A stretch of 64,000 nt of DNA from Giardia intestinalis (taxonomy: Eukaryota). The notes beneath the pieces were generated by a model. That model was not told the DNA's origin. It worked only from the letters and a program-made list of their open reading frames with translations, and made no database searches. This document shows positions 1 through 10,396 of this stretch, piece after piece. Positions within the stretch are counted from its first letter, which is position 1, and every line of letters begins with the position of its first letter. Location of the stretch: the NCBI GenBank assembly GCA_000002435.2, contig CM018793.1. One strand, written 5' to 3'. The position numbers and the translations under genes are program-made.

Positions 1-2419
1 GGTCGAAGGCAGTGCTTGCTGGCTCGTGCAGGGGCGATGCGGCTCTCCGGTAGGCCTCGGTATTCGGTCGCATGACCTCCGTTAAACTCCTGGACGGGCT
101 GAGATTTTAGTCACGGCATCTGCAGGCAAGCCCGCACCGTGGTCTCCTCCACCAGGGGTCATCCTGTCTCATCTCCGGTGCCATCCTTCACCGGGTCTTC
201 GGTGGGACACCCATGCATATCGGTCATTGCACAATACACAATATGAATCTCTAACAGTCTCTGACGCATCGCACAGCTCCCTCAGCCGCCAGTTCGGCCA
301 TCCTACGGCGGAAACTCCTTAACTCGTTCCGAATTAAGAAGAGAAGCGCCGTCAGGCCCCGCCAGTACTGCGATCGGAGACGTCGTGGGAACACGGGGTG
401 CCGAACTTTCTGCCGTTGACTGTCGGCCCCCGCACACGGGGATTCCGGCTGCATCCCACTACGCACTCTCGTGGAGCGACAGCGCAGACACTAAAGGGTG
501 GCTTGGAGTCGTTCACTGGGCGTCGGCCACCCCATCGAGACCCCCGCAAATTGCTCCCGAGGAGTCTGCCGCCGACATGCGTTATAGGTGGGCACTTAGT
601 GCGCTCTGCGAGGACAGGCCGGCCAGTATGAAGGACCTCACAGACAAAGAGTCTGAGGGCCTATAGCGGACTTCTACAGGCCAGTTCAACAACAGAGACG
701 TCGGATGGCAGGCGCTAACAAGGATTGCTCGGCTCGATTCTCTAACGTAGATCCTCCAGATTGCATGCGCAAGACCGTTGCACTTACAACGGAGACCGAC
801 CTGGGTCGAGATTCACATAAAGACAGCAGCTTCGTGGATCATGAAAGCAACAAGCAAATGGCGTTTGTCCGTGCCTCCTGTCCATCTAGTGTCTGGGCCA
901 GACGCTGACCCTGGCAGTCAAGCAGAGAATGCACAGCAGCCGGCCCCAGACTGGGCGACCCAGAACTGCTTGTAAAATGGTCAACATGTCGCTGGGCCAG
1001 TTGTGGAGTGTGAAGCTAAGAATGAGGCTCCTCTATGTTGCTGGTCAGCTCGGCCTCCAGGGAGCAGCTCCAAAAGAGACTACACGACGAACGAGGACCA
1101 GCAAGAAGCCAGAAGGAGCAGTCGCTCGACAAATGAGGAAGAGCTAGAGATGCAACAACATGCAGGCGGCAGAGAAGAAGCAGGCACACCTAGCTCCGGT
1201 CACTTTTCCACTTATTGGACGCTGAGGGATGCACTCAGTAAGGACAGCCTGTACCAGCAACACCCCAGCTCCGACCCGAGCGTTCCCTCCCGGGCTTCTT
1301 GTACACTGCTGGAGAGAGCGTCTACTTGGGCCTGCTAGGGGCAGACCCGCTCGATGAGGCCCTGGGACCTTCTCGTGCTCTTCGCTGCCATTAGTGTAGC
1401 CAGGTAGCATACCGGTACTTCGTGGCACCAGTGGGGAATGCTCTTCCTATCTACGCCTAGTTCCTTGAATCTCCTGCCAGTGAAGGACGCTTTGAACATA
1501 GGCTCACACGGAGCTTAGGGCGTCTGCGTGTTCCCCAGCAGACAGATCAGCACCAGGCGGATAGTCGTCATGCCGCGCTGGATGCCAGCTTCTTTAATCA
1601 AGGAGCCATTCGACGCGAAGCTCTTCCGGATACACAGCTTCTTGGATGGGTTGGCTCAGCAGGCCTGCTTATTGGGGTTTGCTGGGCACGGCTAGTGGTC
1701 AGCCGGCTCCTGGGTAAGGAAGTTCATCCATTTCTCGGCGGTGGGCAGTGCATCCCTTCCGGCGCACCTGCTCGTGCCAGGAGGTGTGCCCAGGATGATC
1801 GGAGATGCAGCTGCGCCGTGGTGGCCGCATCTGAGGCACAGGTGCGCAGACAATAGTATGCCTGGTGAGACAATCATCGCATCTCTTCTTGATAAAAGCT
1901 TCACCGAACGAGCGGATCGAGTATGCCGTTTACAGAGCGCGTCCACTCTTCCACTCACGACCTGCCAACAAGGAGACAAGCATCAGTCTGTGTCGAGAGC
2001 CGGCCTGCAGCTCCTTGGCGTGTCGGCGCGTGAAGACAGAGGGCCAGCCAGGGTGAATGTCGTGGCCGGCCAGCTGCACATCAGTCCTAGCTCACGGCCC
2101 AGAGAGCATTCAGTCGCCTGTTACCGGACGGGCCTGTCTGGTAGATCGTTGGCCCAGACCGCGGTGTTCGAGTCGTCTGGGCACATGGGAGAGCCCTGCC
2201 TTCGTCTGCTGTATGTGGTCTCTTCAGCAATGCGCAGAATGCGGGTTGCGCGACATCCAGACCGTCGTAGCCTGCGTCTGGTGGGCCCTGCGCTGTGCCG
2301 TGGTTGAGCATGCTGCACGCTCTAGACATGACGGTCTCGTCACTGACCAGGCTCCGGCCATTAGCTGCTCCTACCGACCACTCTTCGCCAACCACCAAGC
2401 AAGCCGGGGTCTCCAGTCC

Positions 2420-3229
2420 TCAACCCTTACTGGGGCTCGCATCAGCGCACCCAGGCACGCCTCCGTAGCTCGCAGGGGGGAAGCATGGCACGCATGCGAA
2501 TGCAACGGGCGACCCGAGGAGACCCTGGCCCGTCTGGAGCGGGAGGACGCCAGGCCCAGGAACGACCCCGGGCGGGAGGGCGAGGACGAGGCACCCCGGC
2601 GCGTGCGGGGGCAGAAGCGCAGAGACCGCGCCCGGGGCCACAAAGACCGGCCCCCCGACGGGCGGCACCAGCGGAGGCGCGGCGCAACCAAGAACGCAGG
2701 GGGGCGGGGGAGAGGCCGTCACAGGAGATACCTCCTCCTCCTGCTTGGCCGCCCTCGGGCCGTATGTGCGGCGCGGCAGCACCACCCCGTGCTCCTCCAG
2801 GGCGGCGCGGACGTCCTGGGTGCGGAGCGCGTTGTTGTACGTCATCCGCAGCTCCTGGCGCGGATACTTCGCCCCGAAGCGCTCGTGGACCCTGCGGTAG
2901 AAGTCCGGGCCCAGGATGCTCCGGTCCCTGACCCCGGCGATGATCATCGCCTTGATGGCCCTGCGGTCCTCGCCGGTCATCTTCACGTTGAGGATGCTCC
3001 GCGAGTGCGTCTCGCGGTACCAGTGATAGATCCTGCTCCGGTCCTCGGACAGGGCGCGGGCGATCTTCTTCCAGTCGATGGCCGTCCGGAGCACGTGCCG
3101 GTGGAGGAGCAGCGGCCGCCGCGCGAGGCTCTCGGCCGTCTCCCCCAGCCGCCGGGCAGCGACGACCTGCTTCGCGAGCTCGAGCAGAACGGAGGCGCGC
3201 GTCTCCGCCGTCATTGCCCCAGAGCCCAT
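2420..3229 (-). CDS. Candidate Myb/SANT-like HTH protein inside the GC-rich ORF-poor block (tentative; C-terminal half is low-complexity and may be a frame artefact)
   Basis: ATG verified at 3229 and 3214. Upstream on the coding strand is an AT-rich stretch (atatttaatttcacattattcgttggtctgtttttagttttatcgcc) of the kind seen before other genes here. The N-terminal ~165 aa is non-repetitive and carries W..IA..L..R....Y..W-type spacing (DWKKIARALSEDRSRIYHWYRE), reminiscent of Myb/SANT helix 3. The surrounding DNA is ~70% GC, so long ORFs also arise by chance. Confidence 0.25.
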   Translation of the reverse strand: MGSGAMTAETRASVLLELAKQVVAARRLGETAESLARRPLLLHRHVLRTAIDWKKIARALSEDRSRIYHWYRETHSRSILNVKMTGEDRRAIKAMIIAGVRDRSILGPDFYRRVHERFGAKYPRQELRMTYNNALRTQDVRAALEEHGVVLPRRTYGPRAAKQEEEVSPVTASPPPPCVLGCAAPPLVPPVGGPVFVAPGAVSALLPPHAPGCLVLALPPGVVPGPGVLPLQTGQGLLGSPVAFACVPCFPPASYGGVPGCADASPSKG

Positions 3230-6200
3230 CCGATAGAAGCGGCGATAAAACTAAAAACAGACCAACGAATAATGTGAAATTAAATATGTACAGGCCTTGC
3301 ACAAAAGCTTTAGCGGGTGTTTGTTGCCTGCCTGCCCCGGTCCGTCGGGCGAGCAGGGCGCCCTCACCCGGGCCATCGCCGCAGTACGAGCTGGCTTAGG
3401 CCGCCACACAGAACAGACCGCTTTGCACACGGCGGCGCTGGGGCTGATGTATTGATCGGAGTTTTTTGGTATTGCTGAGGACCCCCGCCCTCGGCCGCCA
3501 GGGAGAGCCGCACTCTGCGCAGCCCCGGTTTGTCTGCAGATGCCCAGAGCTCTACGGAGGCGGGCAGGCTGGGGCCGTCCCCTTCGTTCGGGACATCGCC
3601 GACGACGAGCTGCTGCCTGCGGCCCGCGGGGTCTTCCGCTCTGAGAGGGGTCGCCGAGTGTCGGGAGCCGCAGCGCTCTGCAAGGCCTGCACACGACCAG
3701 AGGCTGCCCAGTTTTTTGAGCAGCTGGCTCTGGCGCGGATTCTGCGGACGCCTGCTGCCAGCCCAGTCTACAGGGGCGTCCGCGTGTCTACTGTGGCCTG
3801 GCGTGCGTGTCTGCGCGTCCTCCTGCGGTGGCTCCCCTCGTGGCGCAGGAAGCCCTGCCAGTCCTCTCCCATCGAGTTCTCCCGACGCGCTCTCTACCGC
3901 GCCCAGCCGAGTTTCCAGCGGACAAAGGAGCGGCATGACCAAATCAGTCGCCAGATTACAGTGTGCTCTGCGGCCGCGAATCTTGCTGGCATCTTACGCG
4001 ACAGTGGCTCTGGGTGTGCCCGTTCAGCAGCAGCTGCCTTGAACATAGATACTTAACGTGACCCGTATGCTAATATCTGCTCGCTCAATCTGTACAGAAG
4101 GATCTAACGGTATGCCGGCTAGAGCAGTAGGACTCGTCAGGCGAGCACACCGGAATTGCGTGCAGTACGCATCTCTAAAGGCTTGCATGCCTGGATCTGT
4201 GCTTGTCTTCTCACTGAGACCCCAGTACAGCGAAGGCGTTTAATATAAACAGAAAGCCGTGGTGTCGCTAGGGTCTATTCGGGCCGCTCAACTATACCGA
4301 ATCATTCCTACCGGTAAAGCCTGACTGCTTGCTACTAAGCAGAAGGAACCGGCTCCTATGACGGCCAAGCGTGGAATCGGTACGCTGTCAAGCCTCTCGA
4401 TTCAGATGCAGAGTCTGCAATGTCCACGTGAGTAGCACGCCAAGTGGTTGCCGCTTGCTTGTTATAGACTATAGATCGGCACGTAGGCTCGCGGGCCGGC
4501 TGCATCTTACTCGGAAGTACAAGACGCTGCTCCTGTCTGGATCACAGATGCGAATCGCCGGTCCCGATGCGCACGAGTGTTACAGAGTAACAAGGAGAGC
4601 ACCCGTCTATGGGACACAGTCACAATTCGAGTGGCGTCCAGCCCTCCTGGAGAAAAGGCATGCCACGATCAACGGCATACTGCTTTGAACACCAGTAAGC
4701 ACACCCGCTGTGTCTGCGAAGCCGAGGGCGGCCGTATCGCCGGCTGCTACTTGTCACTCGGACGCACATGTGTGACGAGACGTGCGGGCGCCCTTCATAA
4801 AGGCCTCCTGATGCGCAACACACGGCCCAGCCGCCTCTTCTCTGAGAGACAGATGAACTTTGCTTGCAGTGGGCTGCGTTAGCGTAGACTTCTGAACACG
4901 TCCCTCTGTTGAGGATTCAGCGGCTACGCACTGGGGGCAGACACGCGTGTTCTGTGGCCAACACGGGACTTGGCCGAGCAAAGGAGGTAACGAGTCGGCG
5001 CTTCTGGCCCGATGCTCTGCGTGCCTACGCCAGAGACCAGGTTGCCAACGTGCCGGTTAAGGAGAAGACGCGATGATCCGCCATCGAGAACTGCAGTACC
5101 CGCGGAGACGGGCAGGAGCGACTTTTTATGACCACGAGCCTGAGCCCTTTAAGGTCTGTGCCAGGCTCTTCGCATTACACAGCTCCTCCTCGTGTGTGCC
5201 CTCAGAGAGCGCAAGCATCTTCTTCGACAAGCACTTCTGTGGGCACCACAGCAGGAATGCATAGTTCCGCGCTGACCATGCCTTAGCCCTATTAGGGTTG
5301 GTGACAAAACTACGACTTCCCTGTCACGAGGCATTACGCTCTGTACAGAAGAATGCCAGCAAGTCATGCAATGCCTGTGGATCTGTCCTTCGACCTTCTC
5401 CTGACAGACATGTGTCTTTTGGCATGCAGCCCTGCATTGCATGACGGTTCGTCCTCCAAGTGATGGTCTAGAGGACTCAACGCAGTGGTTCCCAAGATAT
5501 GTGTCCTGAACAGAAGACTATACGCTCATATACCTCTAACCACATGAGGCCACAGCCCACTCTGCTTCTCTATGCTGCACTTAGAACTGCCTCTACGGCT
5601 CTCTGTACTCCATACTATGCGTCTGCTTGTCTTCCACACGCCTATCCCGAAGTCTGAATTAGGCAAGGCGCACTATATTTGGGGTCACTGCCAACTGCGT
5701 TGGCTATTCAGCAAGATATAACTAAAGGCAGCGTCCAGCACGACCGAACATGCTTGAAAGTTACGCGAGAGACTGAGTACAGTGTGGGAATGTCCCTCGG
5801 TCTACTGGTAAAATGCCGTCGGCTGCTGATACAGGCTCTTGTCTTCGTGCGGTGGCATGCAATCATGTGGTACGCATAGCATCGCTATCTGCATGACGCG
5901 AGGCCAGTGGAGCTCTGCCCATTCTACCTCTTATCCTTGCGCGAAGATTCTGAAAACATGGATGTCTGGACATGGTGTAGGGCTCTATCGGTAGACCCTC
6001 TTTTCTGCGCCTTCAAGGCATGCAGAGGCTAGCGCAGTGTTCTCTAAACAGAGGCCTCGGGCATGCACGCTGTTGAGCGACGGCCTGAGCTTCTCTGGAG
6101 TATCTTACAAAGAGCGGCGCGCTGGCAGGAGCGTCGGTTCGGTGTTCTGAACAGTGGTGAGGGATCTCTGGCAAGCGAGCGCCTCTCGACTGGCTTGTGT

Positions 6201-6962
6201 GCCTGCAGCTACACGTGTGTGGGCAGTGAGCGGTGCACAAGCCCACGATGCTGCGGTTCTACGAATGCCTACCCCTGGTGAGTGCCGTCTGGGGACAAGG
6301 GGTGTGTACCGGTACAAACTATTCGGTGTCTCTCTGCACAACAGCCTCATAACAATGCTCTACTGGGACTGACTCCGGAGCCAAGTAGGAGAGGAGGCCC
6401 TTCTGGGTCTTAATGGCCACGGGCCCCGCTACATACCTGGCGGTGCCACCCAGAGACCGGATAGCTTTAGAATATTATATAGAAGTTAGCAGACATGTGA
6501 CTTCGTCTGATTAGTACGCGCTCTGTGCCGATGCGACTAACGTACACTCACCGAAGCATTACCTCGTTTACTCAGAAGTCTTACCGGATACCCAAGGGCT
6601 CACTCGCTTCCTTCTAGCAGGAGGCAGAGCAGCTTAGCAGCAGAAAAGGTGCTAAACTAACTCCTTGTCTTCCAGGTAAGGGGAAGCCAGGAGAGCAGAG
6701 CCTTCGGGGCGCCCGGTCGGCCCCAGGCTTTCCCTGGTCGCTGCCCGGTCCCGAGTCACAGCGGCATGCGGGCCGAGCGCCGCCCGGGGGCCGATGAGTA
6801 AGTATTTTCTTTTATATTTTTAATAGAAAATCACATAACCAAACATCCACAGAAACGAGAATGGATAAATAATCAAACCTATTATGTAAGAAAAGCGACT
6901 ACTCTATACTTTTATCTATGCTTGACAAAAGGATAGGAGAGTCAACAAAGGTTTAAATCTTA

Positions 6963-8036
6963 ATGTGTAAATTCCACGGTATTGGTCGGTGCTGTGGCAA
7001 AAGGGGCATTCGAGGGCAAGACTTCGGCTGTTTTCTTGGAACAGTGGTGGTGTATATCCTTTATTGTATTCTAACTTGCGTTGTCCTCGCTAGAGAGAGT
7101 CAACGTGTTCTTACCCCCTACGTTTCGTATGGAGTTACAATAGCTACATGTATTCTTTGTGTAACACTTTATTTACTTGCTGGAATCACAGATCCAGGAT
7201 ATATGCCTGTCTGTTCAAATGATAGGTTCAACGCGAGGTCTGAAGTGGGGATCATAAGCCCCTATACAGTGGGAAATTTGGCAGGAACCGCTGTTTATTG
7301 TACTACTTGTAACATATTCAGGCCTCCAGGCACCTCCCATTGTGATGATTGTGGCCACTGCATAGTGTATTTTGACCACCATTGTCCGTGGGTTGGAACA
7401 GACGTAGGACTTCGTAATTATGGGTACTTTGTTTGCTCCATGCTCGGAATCCTGATCTATTGCGGTTGGGTTCTTACACATGCAGTTGTTTGTTTCGTTG
7501 CTATTGAACCAACAGTCCCCACTATAGTGGTGTGTCTCCTCTGTGCTATAGGAAGTCTCTTTGGGATATGTTTCAGCGTAGGAATGGGCTGCGCAAACCT
7601 TCGCTTGATACTAAAAGATACCTCTACTCGAGCATACAAGCGAGGACGGTCTAGTGCAACTGAGCAAGTAAAACAGATGCATACAGTGGATGCTCCAGAC
7701 AATGATTCACAAGATGGCACAGAGCCAGCTAATCTATATGACTCGATGTCAGCGCAAGGTAATAAGGACACTCTTGTGCTTTCTTCATCGGAAGCAAAGT
7801 CAAAGATGGAATCGGAGAATCTTCCTAGCTCCTATGGAGTTTCCCAAAATAGGGTCGTGGAGATCCTCACAACTATACAGAACACATGGACGTACAAGCA
7901 CATCCGTCATTTAGGGTGGCGGCGTGTCTTTTTAGGTAGATATATGCCTCAACTTATAGACCTGTCGGCCCAGGAAGCTGAGGAAATTGCATGGGTATGG
8001 ACAGTTGTGCTATGCTCCAGTGACCCGCTTGTGTAG
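6963..8036 (+). CDS. DHHC-type zinc-finger protein S-acyl (palmitoyl) transferase, multi-pass membrane protein
   Basis: ATG verified. Canonical DHHC-CRD CTTCNIFRPPGTSHCDDCGHCIVYFDHHCPWVGTDVGLRNYGYF, with DHHC at nt 7374..7385, flanked by hydrophobic TM segments. A 170-bp AT-rich island lies upstream. Confidence 0.9.
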   Translation: MCKFHGIGRCCGKRGIRGQDFGCFLGTVVVYILYCILTCVVLARESQRVLTPYVSYGVTIATCILCVTLYLLAGITDPGYMPVCSNDRFNARSEVGIISPYTVGNLAGTAVYCTTCNIFRPPGTSHCDDCGHCIVYFDHHCPWVGTDVGLRNYGYFVCSMLGILIYCGWVLTHAVVCFVAIEPTVPTIVVCLLCAIGSLFGICFSVGMGCANLRLILKDTSTRAYKRGRSSATEQVKQMHTVDAPDNDSQDGTEPANLYDSMSAQGNKDTLVLSSSEAKSKMESENLPSSYGVSQNRVVEILTTIQNTWTYKHIRHLGWRRVFLGRYMPQLIDLSAQEAEEIAWVWTVVLCSSDPLV

Positions 8037-8075
8037 AACTTATTAGATCAGCTAAGTAAAGGCTTTAATTCAAAA

Positions 8076-8741
8076 ATGGCTCGAATTTTCTTCGATATTG
8101 GCTCTGAAGATGGAGAGTTGAGGGAGCGGCTTACGTTTTCTATCTACAGGAATGTTAGCGCCCAGACACGTGACTTTCTTTTCAAATTCATTCGCGAAGC
8201 GGGACCGAACGCCTTCAGTTACCGGGGCTCGGCGGTCTATGCTTTTACAAGCACATTCTTTGCATTCGGTAACTTGGCCCGGCGAGGAATAGTGACAAAG
8301 AGCCACTCGTCAGATCCTTTTTACTCTTTTAGAACCCCTAAACTTGGCGCAGGAAGACGTATTGCACAGGAGGGCCATCTCTGCCTAATCTCCGCAAGCG
8401 CCACTTCATCCTCTCAAGAGCTGCTGGTCACCCTTAAGGATTGTGCCAACTACGAAAAGGACCTAGTCTGCGTGGGCGAGTTGGACGGAGACACGTCTGC
8501 ATTGGCCAGAATTGCATCCTATGCAAACGTGCAAATGCTTCGAACTAAGGGCGTCATTTATATTATTAATTGTGGTGTCGAAGGAGATCCTTCAGTACCT
8601 GATTCTCCTTTAGTGGACCTAGTCATTCAAGGCGAAAGAGATAGACAGGCAGCAGAAAAAGAACGCGAAGATCACTGGCATCGCGAGTTCTCTCTTAAGC
8701 TGGGAAAGCCCGCGATTGATATGGCAAAAGTGCATATTTAA
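8076..8741 (+). CDS. Hypothetical protein with divergent cyclophilin-like fold (probably non-catalytic)
   Basis: ATG verified with AT-rich upstream (ttaattcaaaaATG). The N-terminus RIFFDIGSEDGELRERLTFSIY...TRDF follows the cyclophilin VFFDI..G...GR..FELF...P.T.ENF pattern and the C-terminus VIYIINCGV resembles ITIADCGQ. The catalytic Arg/Phe/Trp/His positions do not appear conserved. Confidence 0.5.
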   Translation: MARIFFDIGSEDGELRERLTFSIYRNVSAQTRDFLFKFIREAGPNAFSYRGSAVYAFTSTFFAFGNLARRGIVTKSHSSDPFYSFRTPKLGAGRRIAQEGHLCLISASATSSSQELLVTLKDCANYEKDLVCVGELDGDTSALARIASYANVQMLRTKGVIYIINCGVEGDPSVPDSPLVDLVIQGERDRQAAEKEREDHWHREFSLKLGKPAIDMAKVHI

Positions 8742-8957
8742 CACACAACCCGACGTTAGGCCCTACTCACTCATCTGTGTGTTACAAAAAATGAACGAGC
8801 AGACATACTCGGGGATACTGAATCTATTTACAGCCGTAACAGTTTGCATAATTCTTATGTACATCATCGTGTGGGTCATCACATACTATCAAGGAGCCGA
8901 GCTGGAAGACGGTGTGTCTCCCCGTTGTGTGGACGGCGGCATAAGTAAATGAACAGA

Positions 8958-9338
8958 TCACTCGTAAGGTCTGTCAACTCTCTGCACTCCTTGCCAGATC
9001 CCTCCGTAACCGCACACAGTGACGTCTTCGTACTCTGTATTGTCCACCAAAGCATTTGTGCCACCCAGTCTGAGATTTGGACCAATAAGCTGGGTATAGC
9101 CTTCTTCTGGCGAGTTAGAGATGCCACTATATGTCAGCTCCAATTGTACCTTGCTTTCGGATTGCTTTATGGCTTTAAGAAGCGAGGCCTTCAAAAGCCC
9201 CTCGATACTCTCTCGAGCCGCAGACAACCTAGTGAAGTAGTCTGAAACTAGCTCACTGTCCATTGCTCGTTGGAGAGCCATCCATATATCTGCATGTGGA
9301 ACCAATCCAGGCCACTCAAACATCGGAGGAGCCGTCAT
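8958..9338 (-). CDS. Hypothetical small protein (126 aa)
   Basis: ATG at 9338 (the track's longer start at 9350 is GTG). It shares a 41-bp AT-rich divergent intergenic region (gcttttattaaatttgag) with the + strand gene at 9380. Codon composition is protein-like; no recognisable domain. Confidence 0.4.
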   Translation of the reverse strand: MTAPPMFEWPGLVPHADIWMALQRAMDSELVSDYFTRLSAARESIEGLLKASLLKAIKQSESKVQLELTYSGISNSPEEGYTQLIGPNLRLGGTNALVDNTEYEDVTVCGYGGIWQGVQRVDRPYE

Positions 9339-9379
9339 TGTTCCGTTCACAACTCAAATTTAATAAAAGCAGTCGAGGC
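9339..9379. promoter_or_regulatory. 41-bp AT-rich divergent promoter region
   Basis: Sequence tgttccgttcacaactcaaatttaataaaagcagtcgaggc, between the ATG at 9338 (-) and the ATG at 9380 (+). Confidence 0.45.
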
Positions 9380-10381
9380 ATGGGTGATGTTGACATCCCT
9401 GCAGCAGCAGACCTCCTGGATGAGATGATGGCCATGATCAATCGTAATAACGATGAAATTGCCGAAAAGACGGCTAGAGCCATGCAGTTGGTGTCGACAA
9501 CGAAGGAGCTAAAACCGGCCCCACCATCTATCAACGAGGAAACAGATGCACATCCCGCCGGACCGCAGAGAAATATGCTTTCCTCAGAAATAGACAAAAT
9601 AGATCATACAGACAGAGTTGAGAAGACTAAGATTCAAAAGCCAAAGCAAAAGCGACTCACAGTCGAGGAGTCAAAGTACCAAAGGCGAATTCAGTCATTA
9701 GCTGAGCAACTTGCAGCGGGAGAGCATGGAGGGTCTGGAGAAGATGTTGGGGCTAAAGATATCGTGACAAAGCTTGGCGAAGAGGCAGAACTGGCCTATT
9801 TACGAGCGCGAGTTGACACGCTGACAAGGATGGTTAACGAAGTCAGTGCAGACGCATCTAATGCCGTAAAGCGAGAGAAAGAGGCTAGGGAAGAACTCGC
9901 CATCCTGAGGGCAGAGCGAGATAGGTTGCACAAGACGGTCAAGGAAATGAATACGGCATCCGATAAGCTCAAGTCCCAATTGGATAGTGCAAAGAGTAGG
10001 CTACAAGATGAGCAGGCTGCGAAGGCTGCTCTTCAGGACGAAGTGGATAAGGCAGAACGGGCAGTAAGGGCAGGTCGCACGGCAGCAGGAAGCAAAGACA
10101 AGGACTTAGTTAGGGCGCTAGAAACTATAGACAAGTACAAGCAGCAAATAAAGGAGAGTCTAGATAGGGAGACATCGCTGCGTGAAGAGCTGGAGAGCCT
10201 GAAGAATGCACAAGGCTCTGAGAGCAAAAAGGCCGCCAGGGAGAAGGAGGAGCTCCTATTAATAGTCAGGAAGCAACAACAACTGATCGATGTACTCCAG
10301 CGCCAAAAACTCCACTTACAGGGTGCCTTGCATTTGGGGCTGACAGAGGCTCAATTCAATAAGCTACTCGAAGTACAGTGA
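9380..10381 (+). CDS. Coiled-coil protein (hypothetical; cytoskeletal/basal-body candidate)
   Basis: ATG at 9380 (atgggtgatgttgac) preceded by an AT-rich initiator region. The track ORF start at 9263 would overlap the divergent gene and lacks a promoter-like context. Long heptad-like E/K/R/L/Q-rich segments run through the C-terminal 230 aa. Confidence 0.65.
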   Translation: MGDVDIPAAADLLDEMMAMINRNNDEIAEKTARAMQLVSTTKELKPAPPSINEETDAHPAGPQRNMLSSEIDKIDHTDRVEKTKIQKPKQKRLTVEESKYQRRIQSLAEQLAAGEHGGSGEDVGAKDIVTKLGEEAELAYLRARVDTLTRMVNEVSADASNAVKREKEAREELAILRAERDRLHKTVKEMNTASDKLKSQLDSAKSRLQDEQAAKAALQDEVDKAERAVRAGRTAAGSKDKDLVRALETIDKYKQQIKESLDRETSLREELESLKNAQGSESKKAAREKEELLLIVRKQQQLIDVLQRQKLHLQGALHLGLTEAQFNKLLEVQ

Positions 10382-10396
10382 AAATCTAGTGGACAC

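Noticed and set aside
2057-3302. Long overlapping ORFs 2057..3277 (+, 406 aa) and 2442..3302 (-, 286 aa)
   Set aside because: They lie in ~70% GC sequence where stop codons are rare. Their products are G/R/P/A homopolymer-like, and three frames are open at once. Only the 2420..3229 frame has protein-like N-terminal sequence and a promoter-like context.
1-6960. rDNA unit, telomere or CRISPR-like array in the GC-rich block
   Set aside because: None of the conserved rRNA motifs I checked for (SSU GTACACACCGCCCGTC, LSU sarcin-ricin AGTACGAGAGGA) is present. Only a single TAGGG/CCCTA occurs. The organism is a eukaryote, so CRISPR or operon models do not apply.
9263-9379. Upstream extension of the coiled-coil gene overlapping the divergent small gene
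   Set aside because: The AT-rich promoter context sits right at the 9380 ATG. The extension would read through the shared intergenic region.
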